A DNA stretch of 32,000 nucleotides from Clostridia bacterium. Its GTDB lineage: Bacteria > Bacillota > Clostridia > TANB77 > RGIG9151. Below the pieces are notes generated by a model. That model saw nothing but the letters and a program-made list of their open reading frames with translations, had not been told where the DNA came from and did no database searches. Shown here one piece after another: positions 24,355 through 32,000 of this stretch. Numbering within the stretch: the first letter of the stretch is position 1; the number at the start of each line of letters is the position of its first letter. The DNA lies in assembly GCA_017934955.1 (NCBI GenBank), contig JAGBIO010000008.1, positions 1 through 32,000 on the forward strand, written 5' to 3'. The position numbers and the translations under genes were made by a program.

Positions 24355-25202
24355 TAAGCCCGCTCATACGCATTCGTAATCGCAGCAAAATTTTCCAAAC
24401 TCAAACGTTCCGCTCGGCAATTCAAATCAATCTCCAAATCATCTAATATTTTAGCCAATTTTTCCTTATTGATTCCATGAATTCCCGCACTTCCAAGCGA
24501 ATTCAACAAAGTTTTCCGCTTCATCGCAAAACTTGCCTTCACAATCTCAAAAAACAACTTTTTATCTACCTGCACTCTCGGCTTCTCCAAAATATCCAAT
24601 CGTATTACAGCCGAATCCACCGCCGGTGGCGGTAAAAACGCATTACTCGGAACGGTCTCCATATATCTCGGTTCCGCATAATAATTCACCGCAACCGTAA
24701 TGGCACCGAACTCGCGTCCCGTCGGCTTTGCACAAATCCGATCCGCCACTTCCTTCTGCACCATAATCTCAATCAGTGAAATTCCCGGTTCTTCCTCTAA
24801 AAGTTTCATCAAAATCGGGGTTGTAATATAGTAAGGCAAATTCGCCACTACTTTTACTTTTTTTCCTTCCGCCTTCGCTACAAGCTCTTTTAAGTCAATT
24901 TTCAAAATATCCGCTTCGATAATCTCCAAATTATGAATATAGGAATATTCTTTCTTTAAGATTTCCACCATCTGCTTGTCAATCTCAATTACCGCCACAT
25001 ATCCTGCCTTTTCGCAAAGTCGCTTTGTCAAATTTCCCAACCCCGGTCCGATTTCAATCACAAAATCATTCGGTTCAATCTCCGCATTCGCCACAATATT
25101 CTCCAAAATCGTCTCATCTGTCAGAAAATTCTGACCATACTTCTTCTTCGGAATAATCCCATATTTCTTCATCATCTGTCGATTTTCTTCGTATAAACTC
25201 AT
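24354..25202 (-). CDS. rsmA: 16S rRNA (adenine1518/1519-N6)-dimethyltransferase
   Basis: It has KKYGQNFLTD, the SAM motif VIEIGPGLGNLT, and NLPYYITTPI. The start is ATG 25202 (MSLYEEN), 5 nt after GGGAGG. The ORF-track start at 25256 lies inside a palindrome. Confidence 0.95.
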   Translation of the reverse strand: MSLYEENRQMMKKYGIIPKKKYGQNFLTDETILENIVANAEIEPNDFVIEIGPGLGNLTKRLCEKAGYVAVIEIDKQMVEILKKEYSYIHNLEIIEADILKIDLKELVAKAEGKKVKVVANLPYYITTPILMKLLEEEPGISLIEIMVQKEVADRICAKPTGREFGAITVAVNYYAEPRYMETVPSNAFLPPPAVDSAVIRLDILEKPRVQVDKKLFFEIVKASFAMKRKTLLNSLGSAGIHGINKEKLAKILDDLEIDLNCRAERLSLENFAAITNAYERA

Positions 25203-25242
25203 CTCAGCCTCCCGAAATATCTCGCTTTGCATATCTTTTTTC

Positions 25243-25267
25243 TGTACGGACAGCATTCATGCTGTCC
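25243..25267 (+). repeat. Solo REP-like palindrome
   Basis: TGTACGG-GGACAGCAT-TC-ATGCTGTCC, lying 41 nt upstream of the rsmA start codon. Confidence 0.9.
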
Positions 25268-25297
25268 ATCCTACTAATCGCTTCTTTATAAAGTAAT

Positions 25298-25505
25298 GTT
25301 ACAGGTCAAACTATAATCTTGTATCTTTCAAAAAATATCGTCAGAATGTAGCTTGTAGGGACACAATTCATTGTGTCCTAATCTAATGTCAGGCTATTTC
25401 GCGGACACAATAAATTGTGTCCCTACAACGTTTGTACCGTCATCGTAGGGGACGGCGTCCCTGACATCCCGATATATTTACAACAATTTTACTCTGAACT
25501 GTAAC
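25298..25505 (+). mobile_element. 208-bp MITE (doublet core plus nested GC-rich repeat) with a perfect 8-bp TSD
   Basis: The left TIR is GTTACAGGTCAAACTATAAT (25298-). The right TIR reads GTTACAGTTCAGAGTAAAAT as the reverse complement of the end at 25505. The doublet spans 25354-25427 and the REP-B copy GTAGGGGACGGCGTCCCTGACATCCCG spans 25445-25471. Direct repeats AAAGTAAT lie at 25290-25297 and 25506-25513. Confidence 0.93.
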
Positions 25506-25520
25506 AAAGTAATTCATTAA

Positions 25521-26195
25521 TTATATATCCTCAATCAACTTCGTTTCTCTCACCTTCAAATATCGCTTCGCCCCATACACGCCTTCCACCAAAATATGCG
25601 TCGGTGCAGAAGCCTTATCATGCTGCACAAACTGTAACACCTTCGGTTCAATTTTATAATCCCGCATACAACAAAGAATATCACACAAACGATCCGGTCG
25701 ATGTACCATAAAAAACTTACCAAGCGGCTTCAAGAGTTCTGCACTCACCCGAATAACGTCCTCCAACGAACAATAAATCTCATGCCGTGCAATTGCCTTC
25801 GTATCAGCCTCATTTTGAATTCCGCAACCGTTGGTCCGATACGGCGGATTACAAGTCACCACATCTGCCACCGATTTTCCCAAAGCATCGGAAACTGTCT
25901 TCAAATCTTGATTTAGAATTCTAATTTTATCCTCTAACCGATTCAACTTCACATTTTCCTCCGCCAATTCCGCCACCTTCGGTTGTATTTCCACACCAAG
26001 AATCTCCTCCGCCGGCACTTTTTCCGACAAAAGAATCGGAATCACACCATTTCCGGTACATAAGTCGATAATTTTTGCACCCTTCTTGCAATTCACAAAA
26101 TTCGCCAACATCACCGCATCAATTCCAAAACAAAACATATCGGTATCCTGTATCAATTTCAATCCGTTTAACTCTAAATCATCCAATCTACGCAT
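25521..26195 (-). CDS. tRNA (adenine-N6)-methyltransferase, TrmN6/YfiC-like
   Basis: It has the SAM-binding motif IIDLCTGNGVIP and the catalytic VVTCNPPY. The start is ATG 26195 (MRRLDDLEL), 5 nt after AGGAG. The ORF-track start at 26327 lies in the palindrome array. Confidence 0.85.
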   Translation of the reverse strand: MRRLDDLELNGLKLIQDTDMFCFGIDAVMLANFVNCKKGAKIIDLCTGNGVIPILLSEKVPAEEILGVEIQPKVAELAEENVKLNRLEDKIRILNQDLKTVSDALGKSVADVVTCNPPYRTNGCGIQNEADTKAIARHEIYCSLEDVIRVSAELLKPLGKFFMVHRPDRLCDILCCMRDYKIEPKVLQFVQHDKASAPTHILVEGVYGAKRYLKVRETKLIEDI

Positions 26196-26227
26196 AATTA
26201 CTCCTAAAATTGTTACCATTCCATCAC

Positions 26228-26338
26228 GGACAGCATAAATGCTGTTCCTACAAATATCCTCTTTCTCCGTACGGACAGCATTCATGCTGTCCTTTACAAA
26301 TATCCTCTCACACCGTATGGACGGCATTCATGCTGTCC
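26228..26338 (+). repeat. Tandem array of three palindromes (45-46-bp period)
   Basis: The first hairpin is GGACAGCAT-AA-ATGCTGTTCC (26228-26248, with a 1-nt insertion, followed by TACA). The second is GTAC-GGACAGCAT-TC-ATGCTGTCC (26273-26292). The third is GTAT-GGACGGCAT-TC-ATGCTGTCC (26319-26338). The spacers are similar: TTTACAAATATCCTCT..CC. Confidence 0.93.
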
Positions 26339-26339
26339 T

Positions 26340-26489
26340 TTACTCGTCTTTCTTTATCTCCACTCTCGCCAATAATCCCAAAAGCTTAATCACAATATAT
26401 AAAATTGCCAATACACCAAAAACAGCCGCCATTCCAATCCCCATAATTTGAAAACCCGACCGAAAATTCGCCATCATCTCACTTGACAT
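26340..26489 (-). CDS. OadG-like small membrane subunit (49 aa), absent from the ORF track
   Basis: Hand translation gives MSSEMMANFRSGFQIMGIGMAAVFGVLAILYIVIKLLGLLARVEIKKDE. The G-F-x-I-M-G-x-G-M-x-x-V-F pattern is typical of the OadG N-terminal helix. SD GGAGG lies 7 nt upstream and directly after the beta-subunit stop. Confidence 0.6.
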   Translation of the reverse strand: MSSEMMANFRSGFQIMGIGMAAVFGVLAILYIVIKLLGLLARVEIKKDE

Positions 26490-26501
26490 CTTACCGCCTC
26501 C

Positions 26502-27620
26502 TTACACAAACATTTGCGCAATCGCAATAATAACACCCCCGGCAATCGCCGAGCCCAATTGTCCCGAAACATTCGCACTAACTGCCTGCATCAAAATAAA
26601 GTTATTCGGATCTTCCTCATGCGCAATTTTCTGAACCACTCTCGCCGACATCGGAAACGCCGATACCCCTGCTGCCCCAATCATCGGGTTAATCTTTTTC
26701 TTCAAGAAAAGATTCGCAATCTTTCCGAAAATAACCCCTGACGCCGTTCCAAAAACAAACGCCAACAATCCCATCAAAAGAATCATCAAAGTCTGCGGTC
26801 TTAAAAACGCCTCCGCCGTCATCGTAGAGCCAATTGTAATTCCAAGCAGCAACGTCACCAAATTCGACAACTCATTCTGCGCTGCTTGCGATAATTTCTC
26901 CAATACACCACAAACACGAATCAAATTACCAAACATCAACAAGCCAACCAAACTTACACTCATCGGCGCAATAATTCCCGAAACTAACGTGACAATAATC
27001 GGAAATAAAATCAAAAGCCACTTAGGAGCGGGATCTTCGGTATATTCCATTCGAATTTGTCTTTCTTTTTTCGTCGTCAAAAGCCGAATTACCGGCGGTT
27101 GAATAATCGGCACCAATGCCATATAAGAATACGCCGCAACCGTAATTGCCGGAAGAAGAGCCGGAGCCAATCGATTTGCCACATAAATCGAAGTCGGACC
27201 ATCCGCCGAACCGATAATTCCGATACCGCAAGCCTCCGAAATATTAAAGCCCATCGCAATCGCTAAAAGTACCGTCAAGAAAATCCCCATCTGCGCCGCC
27301 GCGCCAAAGAAAATCATAAAAGGGTTCTTTAATACCGGCGTAAAATCCACCATCGCACCAATCGCAATAAAAATCAAAATCGGAAAAAGTTCCGTCGTAA
27401 TTCCGACATTATACATAATCTTCAAAAATCCCGGTTCCTCCGCTGTCCCCAACACCGCAGAAAACGGAATATTCGCCAAAATCGCACCAAAACCAATCGG
27501 CAATAACAACATCGGCTCATACTTTTTCTTAATCGCCAAATAAATCAAAATTCCGCCAATTAAAAACATCACACCGGCCTGCCAAGTCAGCCCGGTGACT
27601 CCCTTTAGTAACTCCTCCAT
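26502..27620 (-). CDS. Sodium-ion-translocating decarboxylase beta subunit (OadB/GcdB/MmdB family)
   Basis: 372-aa polytopic membrane protein. IKKKYEPMLLLPIGFGAILANIP and the overall sequence match the OadB family. Confidence 0.92.
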   Translation of the reverse strand: MEELLKGVTGLTWQAGVMFLIGGILIYLAIKKKYEPMLLLPIGFGAILANIPFSAVLGTAEEPGFLKIMYNVGITTELFPILIFIAIGAMVDFTPVLKNPFMIFFGAAAQMGIFLTVLLAIAMGFNISEACGIGIIGSADGPTSIYVANRLAPALLPAITVAAYSYMALVPIIQPPVIRLLTTKKERQIRMEYTEDPAPKWLLILFPIIVTLVSGIIAPMSVSLVGLLMFGNLIRVCGVLEKLSQAAQNELSNLVTLLLGITIGSTMTAEAFLRPQTLMILLMGLLAFVFGTASGVIFGKIANLFLKKKINPMIGAAGVSAFPMSARVVQKIAHEEDPNNFILMQAVSANVSGQLGSAIAGGVIIAIAQMFV

Positions 27621-27704
27621 AACTCCTCCTCATTTGTACAAATAATACTTCCTATAATAAAAGCATCATAGAATATCTCTCATTCGAAAAAATTTACAAT
27701 CCTC

Positions 27705-27729
27705 TGTACGGACACAATTCATCGTGCCC
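27705..27729 (+). repeat. Decayed solo REP-like palindrome
   Basis: TGTACGG-GGACACAAT-TC-ATCGTGCCC, with two mismatches in the second arm. It lies 7 nt from the cdd stop codon. Confidence 0.7.
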
Positions 27730-27736
27730 TAATTTC

Positions 27737-28180
27737 CTACAAATTCTCCGCATTAAAAGAATAAGGCAACAACTCTCCTAACGTAAACTTCCGAACCTTG
27801 TCTCCCGTTTCATTCATTCCCAACACAATGGTATCTTTACTGCAAAATTCGCTCAATCTCTGCCTACAACTGCCACACGGTGTACAAAACGTATCCGCTC
27901 TTTTCTCCTTATTCACCGGCGTGCCATAGGTTACGATATATTCAATCTTCTTCCTGCCGGAAAGCAAATAAGAAGAAACAGCACCAACTTCACCGCAAAC
28001 CGTCGCACCATTTACCGGTTCCCAATTTACTCCCTCAAAAAAATTACCCTCTTCATCAATCAAAATCGCACACACATGATAATGATAATACTCGGAAACT
28101 GCCTTTTCTGACAGTACAACAGCCTTTTCCAAAGCCATTTTCACTCTACCGGAAAACTCCGTAATCTCTAACTCTGTCAT
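27737..28180 (-). CDS. cdd: Cytidine deaminase
   Basis: 147 aa with zinc and catalytic motifs VCGEVGA (C-x-E) and TPCGSCRQRLSEF. It aligns in layout with the small homotetrameric Cdd. SD TAGGAGG. Confidence 0.85.
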   Translation of the reverse strand: MTELEITEFSGRVKMALEKAVVLSEKAVSEYYHYHVCAILIDEEGNFFEGVNWEPVNGATVCGEVGAVSSYLLSGRKKIEYIVTYGTPVNKEKRADTFCTPCGSCRQRLSEFCSKDTIVLGMNETGDKVRKFTLGELLPYSFNAENL

Positions 28181-28216
28181 AAACCGCCTCCTAAAATTTA
28201 TAAAATCTCCAACTTA

Positions 28217-28245
28217 AATTTATCACAATAATTTACAAAAAACAA
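28217..28245 (-). promoter_or_regulatory. Candidate promoter of cdd
   Basis: Minus strand: TTGTTT (28245-28240), a 17-nt spacer, then an extended -10 TG-A-TAAATT (hexamer 28222-28217). Confidence 0.4.
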
Positions 28246-28445
28246 GTTATATAAAATAAAAAGAACGAGGCATTTGCTACACCCCGTCCTACCTTATCTG
28301 CGCCATTCATAAAAACCAATACGCGATAAGAAATCCAAAATTTTTTCTAAGACTCTTTGTAACATCAGAAACTTACCATGTCCCTTCTAATATATTAGTT
28401 ATCACTATTTTTAAAAGCTTTTTGCTTTAATGTTACGTTGACCGG

Positions 28446-28862
28446 TTATGAAATTAATGCAAATGAAAACTCCGCACTCACGTGTACTTTTCCATTTACC
28501 TTTCCCTTCGCTGCTGCAAAATAAAACGGATGACGAGACTTTACCAATTCACATTCTGTTACAAGTTCATCTCCCGGTAGTACCTTATCCTTAAATTTAA
28601 CATTATTCAAACTTGTAAAGTAAGGAGTCGCTTTCTCAGCTCGATCCGCAAGTAACACACAACATGCCTGTGCCATCATCTCGCACAACACAACTCCCGG
28701 CACAACCGGATTTCCCGGGAAATGGCCCTGTAAAAACCATTCATCTCCACGAACTTTATACTTTCCGATTGCTTTATTTTCTTCAACCTTCTCCACTTCA
28801 TCCACCAAAAGCATCGGTTCACGATGCGGAAGAATCTGCTTAATCTCCTCTTTATTCATCAT
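28446..28862 (-). CDS. fabZ: 3-hydroxyacyl-ACP dehydratase
   Basis: 138 aa with ILPHREPMLLVDEV and GHFPGNPVVPGVVLCEMMAQ, the FabZ hot-dog signature. Confidence 0.95.
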   Translation of the reverse strand: MMNKEEIKQILPHREPMLLVDEVEKVEENKAIGKYKVRGDEWFLQGHFPGNPVVPGVVLCEMMAQACCVLLADRAEKATPYFTSLNNVKFKDKVLPGDELVTECELVKSRHPFYFAAAKGKVNGKVHVSAEFSFALIS

Positions 28863-28915
28863 GCCATCTCCTAACTATCCTAAAAATTTCCTTCAAGTAC
28901 CATCTCCAGCGTTGC

Positions 28916-28940
28916 GGACAGCATAAATGCTGTCCCTACA
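28916..28940 (-). repeat. Solo REP-like palindrome between accA and fabZ
   Basis: GGACAGCAT-AA-ATGCTGTCC-CTACA, in the orientation opposite to the TGTAGGG-first copies. It lies 12 nt from the accA stop. Confidence 0.9.
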
Positions 28941-28952
28941 AGTCGTTATAAA

Positions 28953-29720
28953 TTAAAACTTTCTGAATCGTTCATATCTCGCCGCAAGCATCTCTTCCTC
29001 CGTCATTCCCTTTAACAAAGAAAGTTCCGTACGAAGATTTTCCTTCAACGCTTCATACACTTTATCCTGATTACCGGAAAACTCCGGAATTACTTTTTCA
29101 ATAATATTTAACTTTAGCAAATCGTCCGCTGTCAACTTCAGGCACTCTGACGCTTCCCGAACTTTTGTCGCATCCTTCCACAAAATGCTGGCACAACCTT
29201 CCGGGGAAATTACCGAATAAATCGCATTTTCCAACATCCATACACGATCTGCTACCGCCAACGCCAAAGCACCGCCGCTTCCGCCTTCTCCGATAAATAT
29301 CGAGATAATCGGAACCTTTAATGTCATCATTTCCATTAAATTCTCCGCAATCGCCTGTCCTTGCCCTCTTTCCTCTGCCTCAATACCGCAGTATGCCCCG
29401 GCTGTATCCACAAAGCAAATCACCGGACGAAGAAACTTCTCCGCCAACTTCATTTGACGAAGTGCTTTTCGGTAACCGTCCGGATGCACCGATCCAAAGT
29501 TTCTTTCAACACGTTCCTTTGTTGTAACGCCCTTCTCAATTCCAATTACCGTCACCGGTTTTCCGTCAAACTTAGCAATACCGCTCACGATTGCTTTATC
29601 GTCTGAAACACGTCGATCCCCATGCATCTCCACAAAGCTGTCAAATAAATTCTTAATATAACTCATACTCGTTGCACGACCCTTTGCACGAGCCATACAT
29701 ACTCTATCATAAGCTTCCAT
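28953..29720 (-). CDS. accA: Acetyl-CoA carboxylase carboxyltransferase alpha subunit
   Basis: 255 aa with FVDTAGAYCGIEAEERGQGQAIA and GEGGSGGALALAV. Its start overlaps the accD stop. Confidence 0.95.
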   Translation of the reverse strand: MEAYDRVCMARAKGRATSMSYIKNLFDSFVEMHGDRRVSDDKAIVSGIAKFDGKPVTVIGIEKGVTTKERVERNFGSVHPDGYRKALRQMKLAEKFLRPVICFVDTAGAYCGIEAEERGQGQAIAENLMEMMTLKVPIISIFIGEGGSGGALALAVADRVWMLENAIYSVISPEGCASILWKDATKVREASECLKLTADDLLKLNIIEKVIPEFSGNQDKVYEALKENLRTELSLLKGMTEEEMLAARYERFRKF

Positions 29721-30580
29721 CAGGCATTCTCCTTTCTGTGAAGAGATAAGAGCTTTCCTAAAATTTCCTTTTGATCTTTTCGATTTACAATCAAATCCAC
29801 AAATCCTTTATCTAATAAAAATTCCGCTCTTTGGAATCCATTCGGAAGTTTTTGACGAATCGTTTGCTCAATAACACGAGGTCCCGCAAAACCGATTAAC
29901 GCCTTCGGTTCGGATAAAATAATGTCCCCCTCCATCGCAAAACTTGCCGTCACACCACCAGTTGTCGGATCTGTCAACACCGTAATATATAATAATCCTG
30001 CGTCACTATGCTTCTTTACCGCCGCACTCGTCTTTGCCATTTGCATCAAGGACAAGATCCCCTCCTGCATTCTGGCACCGCCGGACACCGTAAACCCAAT
30101 CACAGAAAGTCCTTGTTCCGTTGCTGTTTCAAATAATCTTGTAATCTTCTCACCAACGACGCTTCCCATCGTTCCCATCATAAAATACGGATCCATCACA
30201 AAAATTGCTGTATCCTGTCCGTGAATCTTCGCCACCCCGCAGATAACCGCTTCATGTTCCGCACTTTCCAACTGCGCTTGATTCAGCTTCTTTTTATAGT
30301 TCGGAAAATCCAAATTTTTCTCCGTCACCATCTCTGCGTCCATCTCAACAAACGTGCCCTCATCGCAAATAATATTTAGTCTCTGCCGAGCGTTAATCCG
30401 AAAATGATGTCCGCAGTTTGTGCAAACATTCAAATTATCGTTTACATCACTGGTAAAAATCTGTTTTTGACACGACGGACAAACAATACACATATCGTCC
30501 GGAACATCCGGAGACGCCACTTTCGTATGCTTTCCGTAACTCTCCAACTTATTGGCCGGTTTCTTAAAAAGAAATTTCAT
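29720..30580 (-). CDS. accD: Acetyl-CoA carboxylase carboxyltransferase beta subunit
   Basis: 286 aa with an N-terminal zinc ribbon (CPSCQK...CTNCGHH) and a carboxyltransferase core (GGARMQEG). Confidence 0.95.
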   Translation of the reverse strand: MKFLFKKPANKLESYGKHTKVASPDVPDDMCIVCPSCQKQIFTSDVNDNLNVCTNCGHHFRINARQRLNIICDEGTFVEMDAEMVTEKNLDFPNYKKKLNQAQLESAEHEAVICGVAKIHGQDTAIFVMDPYFMMGTMGSVVGEKITRLFETATEQGLSVIGFTVSGGARMQEGILSLMQMAKTSAAVKKHSDAGLLYITVLTDPTTGGVTASFAMEGDIILSEPKALIGFAGPRVIEQTIRQKLPNGFQRAEFLLDKGFVDLIVNRKDQKEILGKLLSLHRKENA

Positions 30581-30676
30581 ACTCTCATCCTTTCAAAAAA
30601 GATTACTCTGTTTCATTTTATTATAGATGCAGAAAGTATATTCTACACTCTTACAATCTGCCCATTTGTATATTTT

Positions 30677-30704
30677 TGTAGGGGACGGCGTCCTCGACGT
30701 CCCG
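30677..30704 (+). repeat. GC-rich repeat (REP-B), consensus copy
   Basis: TGTAGGGGACGGCGTCCTCGACGTCCCG. It has internal complementarity (GGGACG...CGTCCC and GGACG-G-CGTCC). It abuts the accC stop codon (30705-30707) with no gap. Confidence 0.9.
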
Positions 30705-32000
30705 CTATTCTGCTTTCCTCTCGTTCAAAAAATTCGTTCCATATTTTCCGCTCCTAAATTCCGCTTCATCCAAAAGTTCCGCCTGAAAATCAATATTGGT
30801 ATCAATCCCCTCAATCACAAGCTCACATAAAGCCGCCTTCATCTTACGAATCGCTTCGCTTCTTGAAGGTGCAGAAACAATCAGTTTTCCAATCATAGAG
30901 TCATAAAACGGCGGCACAAAATAATCTTGATACAACGCCGTATCAAATCTCACCTTTGGTCCACCCGGAACGTGTAATAACGTAATATTTCCGGCATTCG
31001 GCATAAAATTCTTTTCCGGATTCTCCGCATTGATACGACACTCAATCGCATGTCCCTTTAACGAAATATCTTTCTGTTTAAAATCAATCGGAACTCCTGC
31101 CGCAATACGAATCTGCCATTTTACAAGGTCAATTCCCGTAATAATTTCCGTTACAGGATGTTCTACCTGCAATCTTGTATTCATCTCCATAAAATAAAAG
31201 TTATTATCTTGGTCCAATAAAAACTCAATGGTACCGGCATTTGTATAGTTAACAGCCTTAACCGCCTTTACTGCCGCCTCCATCATCTTTTCTCTTACCT
31301 TATCCGAAACCGCCGAGCAAGGACTCTCCTCCAAAACTTTTTGATTCTTTCTTTGCATCGAGCAATCTCTTTCTCCCAAGCATACAACATTTCCGAAGCT
31401 GTCCGCTAAAATCTGCATTTCCACATGCTTTACCGGAAATAAATATTTTTCTAAATATACTTGCCCGTCTCCAAAAGCATTTAACGCTTCAGATGAGGCT
31501 GATAAAAAGGCATTTTGGAAATCTTCCTTCTGTTTTACCAAACGAATTCCTTTTCCTCCGCCACCGGCACGTGCCTTAATCAGTAACGGATAACCGATTT
31601 TATCCGCTTCCTTCATTCCTTGTTGTAACGATTCTACCAAATCGCATCCCGGAATAATCGGAACACCGGCTTTCTTCATGGTTTTTCTCGCCATATCCTT
31701 ATCGCCCATCTTGGTAATCAACTCAGAAGATGGCCCGATAAAGGCAATATGACATTGTGCACACAAATTAGCAAAACGAGCGTTCTCGGATAAAAATCCA
31801 TAACCCGGATGAATTGCATTCGCGCCTGTCGCAACCGCCGCCGCCAAAATTGCAGAAATATTTAAATAACTATCCTTCGCCATTGCAGGACCGATACAAA
31901 CACTCTCATCCGCCAAACTTACATGGAGGGCATCCCGATCCGCCTCAGAATATACCGCAACCGTCGAAATTCCCATTTCTTTACATGCTCTTATAATACG
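30705..32000 (-). CDS. accC: Biotin carboxylase (acetyl-CoA carboxylase), N-terminus beyond the window edge
   Basis: ATP-grasp motifs GGGGKGIRLV and EMNTRLQVEHPVTE. The reading frame stays open upstream of the ORF-track Met (..RIIRACKEMGI..), so the gene continues past 32000. Confidence 0.95.
   Translation of the reverse strand, partial: RIIRACKEMGISTVAVYSEADRDALHVSLADESVCIGPAMAKDSYLNISAILAAAVATGANAIHPGYGFLSENARFANLCAQCHIAFIGPSSELITKMGDKDMARKTMKKAGVPIIPGCDLVESLQQGMKEADKIGYPLLIKARAGGGGKGIRLVKQKEDFQNAFLSASSEALNAFGDGQVYLEKYLFPVKHVEMQILADSFGNVVCLGERDCSMQRKNQKVLEESPCSAVSDKVREKMMEAAVKAVKAVNYTNAGTIEFLLDQDNNFYFMEMNTRLQVEHPVTEIITGIDLVKWQIRIAAGVPIDFKQKDISLKGHAIECRINAENPEKNFMPNAGNITLLHVPGGPKVRFDTALYQDYFVPPFYDSMIGKLIVSAPSRSEAIRKMKAALCELVIEGIDTNIDFQAELLDEAEFRSGKYGTNFLNERKAE

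Overview
This is a 32-kb chromosomal segment from a low-GC Firmicute. The abrB, spoIIIAA and yycH/yycI-like genes suggest Clostridia, but the taxon is inference. I call 33 CDS plus tRNA-Leu(CAA); all but four CDS are on the minus strand. Most genes are housekeeping: purA, guaA, trpS, rsmA/ksgA, a TrmN6-like tRNA methyltransferase, accC(partial)-accD-accA-fabZ, cdd, an acyl-CoA ligase, a uridine-kinase-family protein, an NfeD/SPFH pair and abrB. A Na+-decarboxylase beta subunit is followed by a 49-aa OadG-like ORF that is missing from the ORF track. Accessory content includes an MNT/HEPN toxin-antitoxin pair, a transglutaminase-like protein and several orphan proteins. There is also a DUF4914-like P-loop protein paired with a TSCPD protein, and a yycH/yycI-like operon with no walRK. 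The outstanding signal is non-coding. At least 26 copies (counted by eye) of an oriented, perfectly palindromic 20-bp hairpin (GGACAGCAT-NN-ATGCTGTCC, plus variants whose two arms co-vary) lie in 11 intergenic regions. Each copy is flanked by TGTAGGG or TGTACGG on one side, or by CCCTACA on the other. They occur as inverted doublets (REPIN-like) and as same-orientation tandem arrays with 45-51-bp periods. They also form the core of 154-208-bp MITEs that have GTTACAG... terminal inverted repeats, two of them with perfect 8-bp target-site duplications. A second GC-rich repeat (TGTAGGGGACGGCGTCCTCGACGTCCCG) occurs four times, twice nested at the same position inside a MITE. These elements sit almost exclusively just 3' of stop codons or just upstream of promoters, and they generate many spurious ORFs and false N-terminal extensions in the ORF track. 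No transposase, cas gene, rRNA gene or prophage gene is visible in the window.
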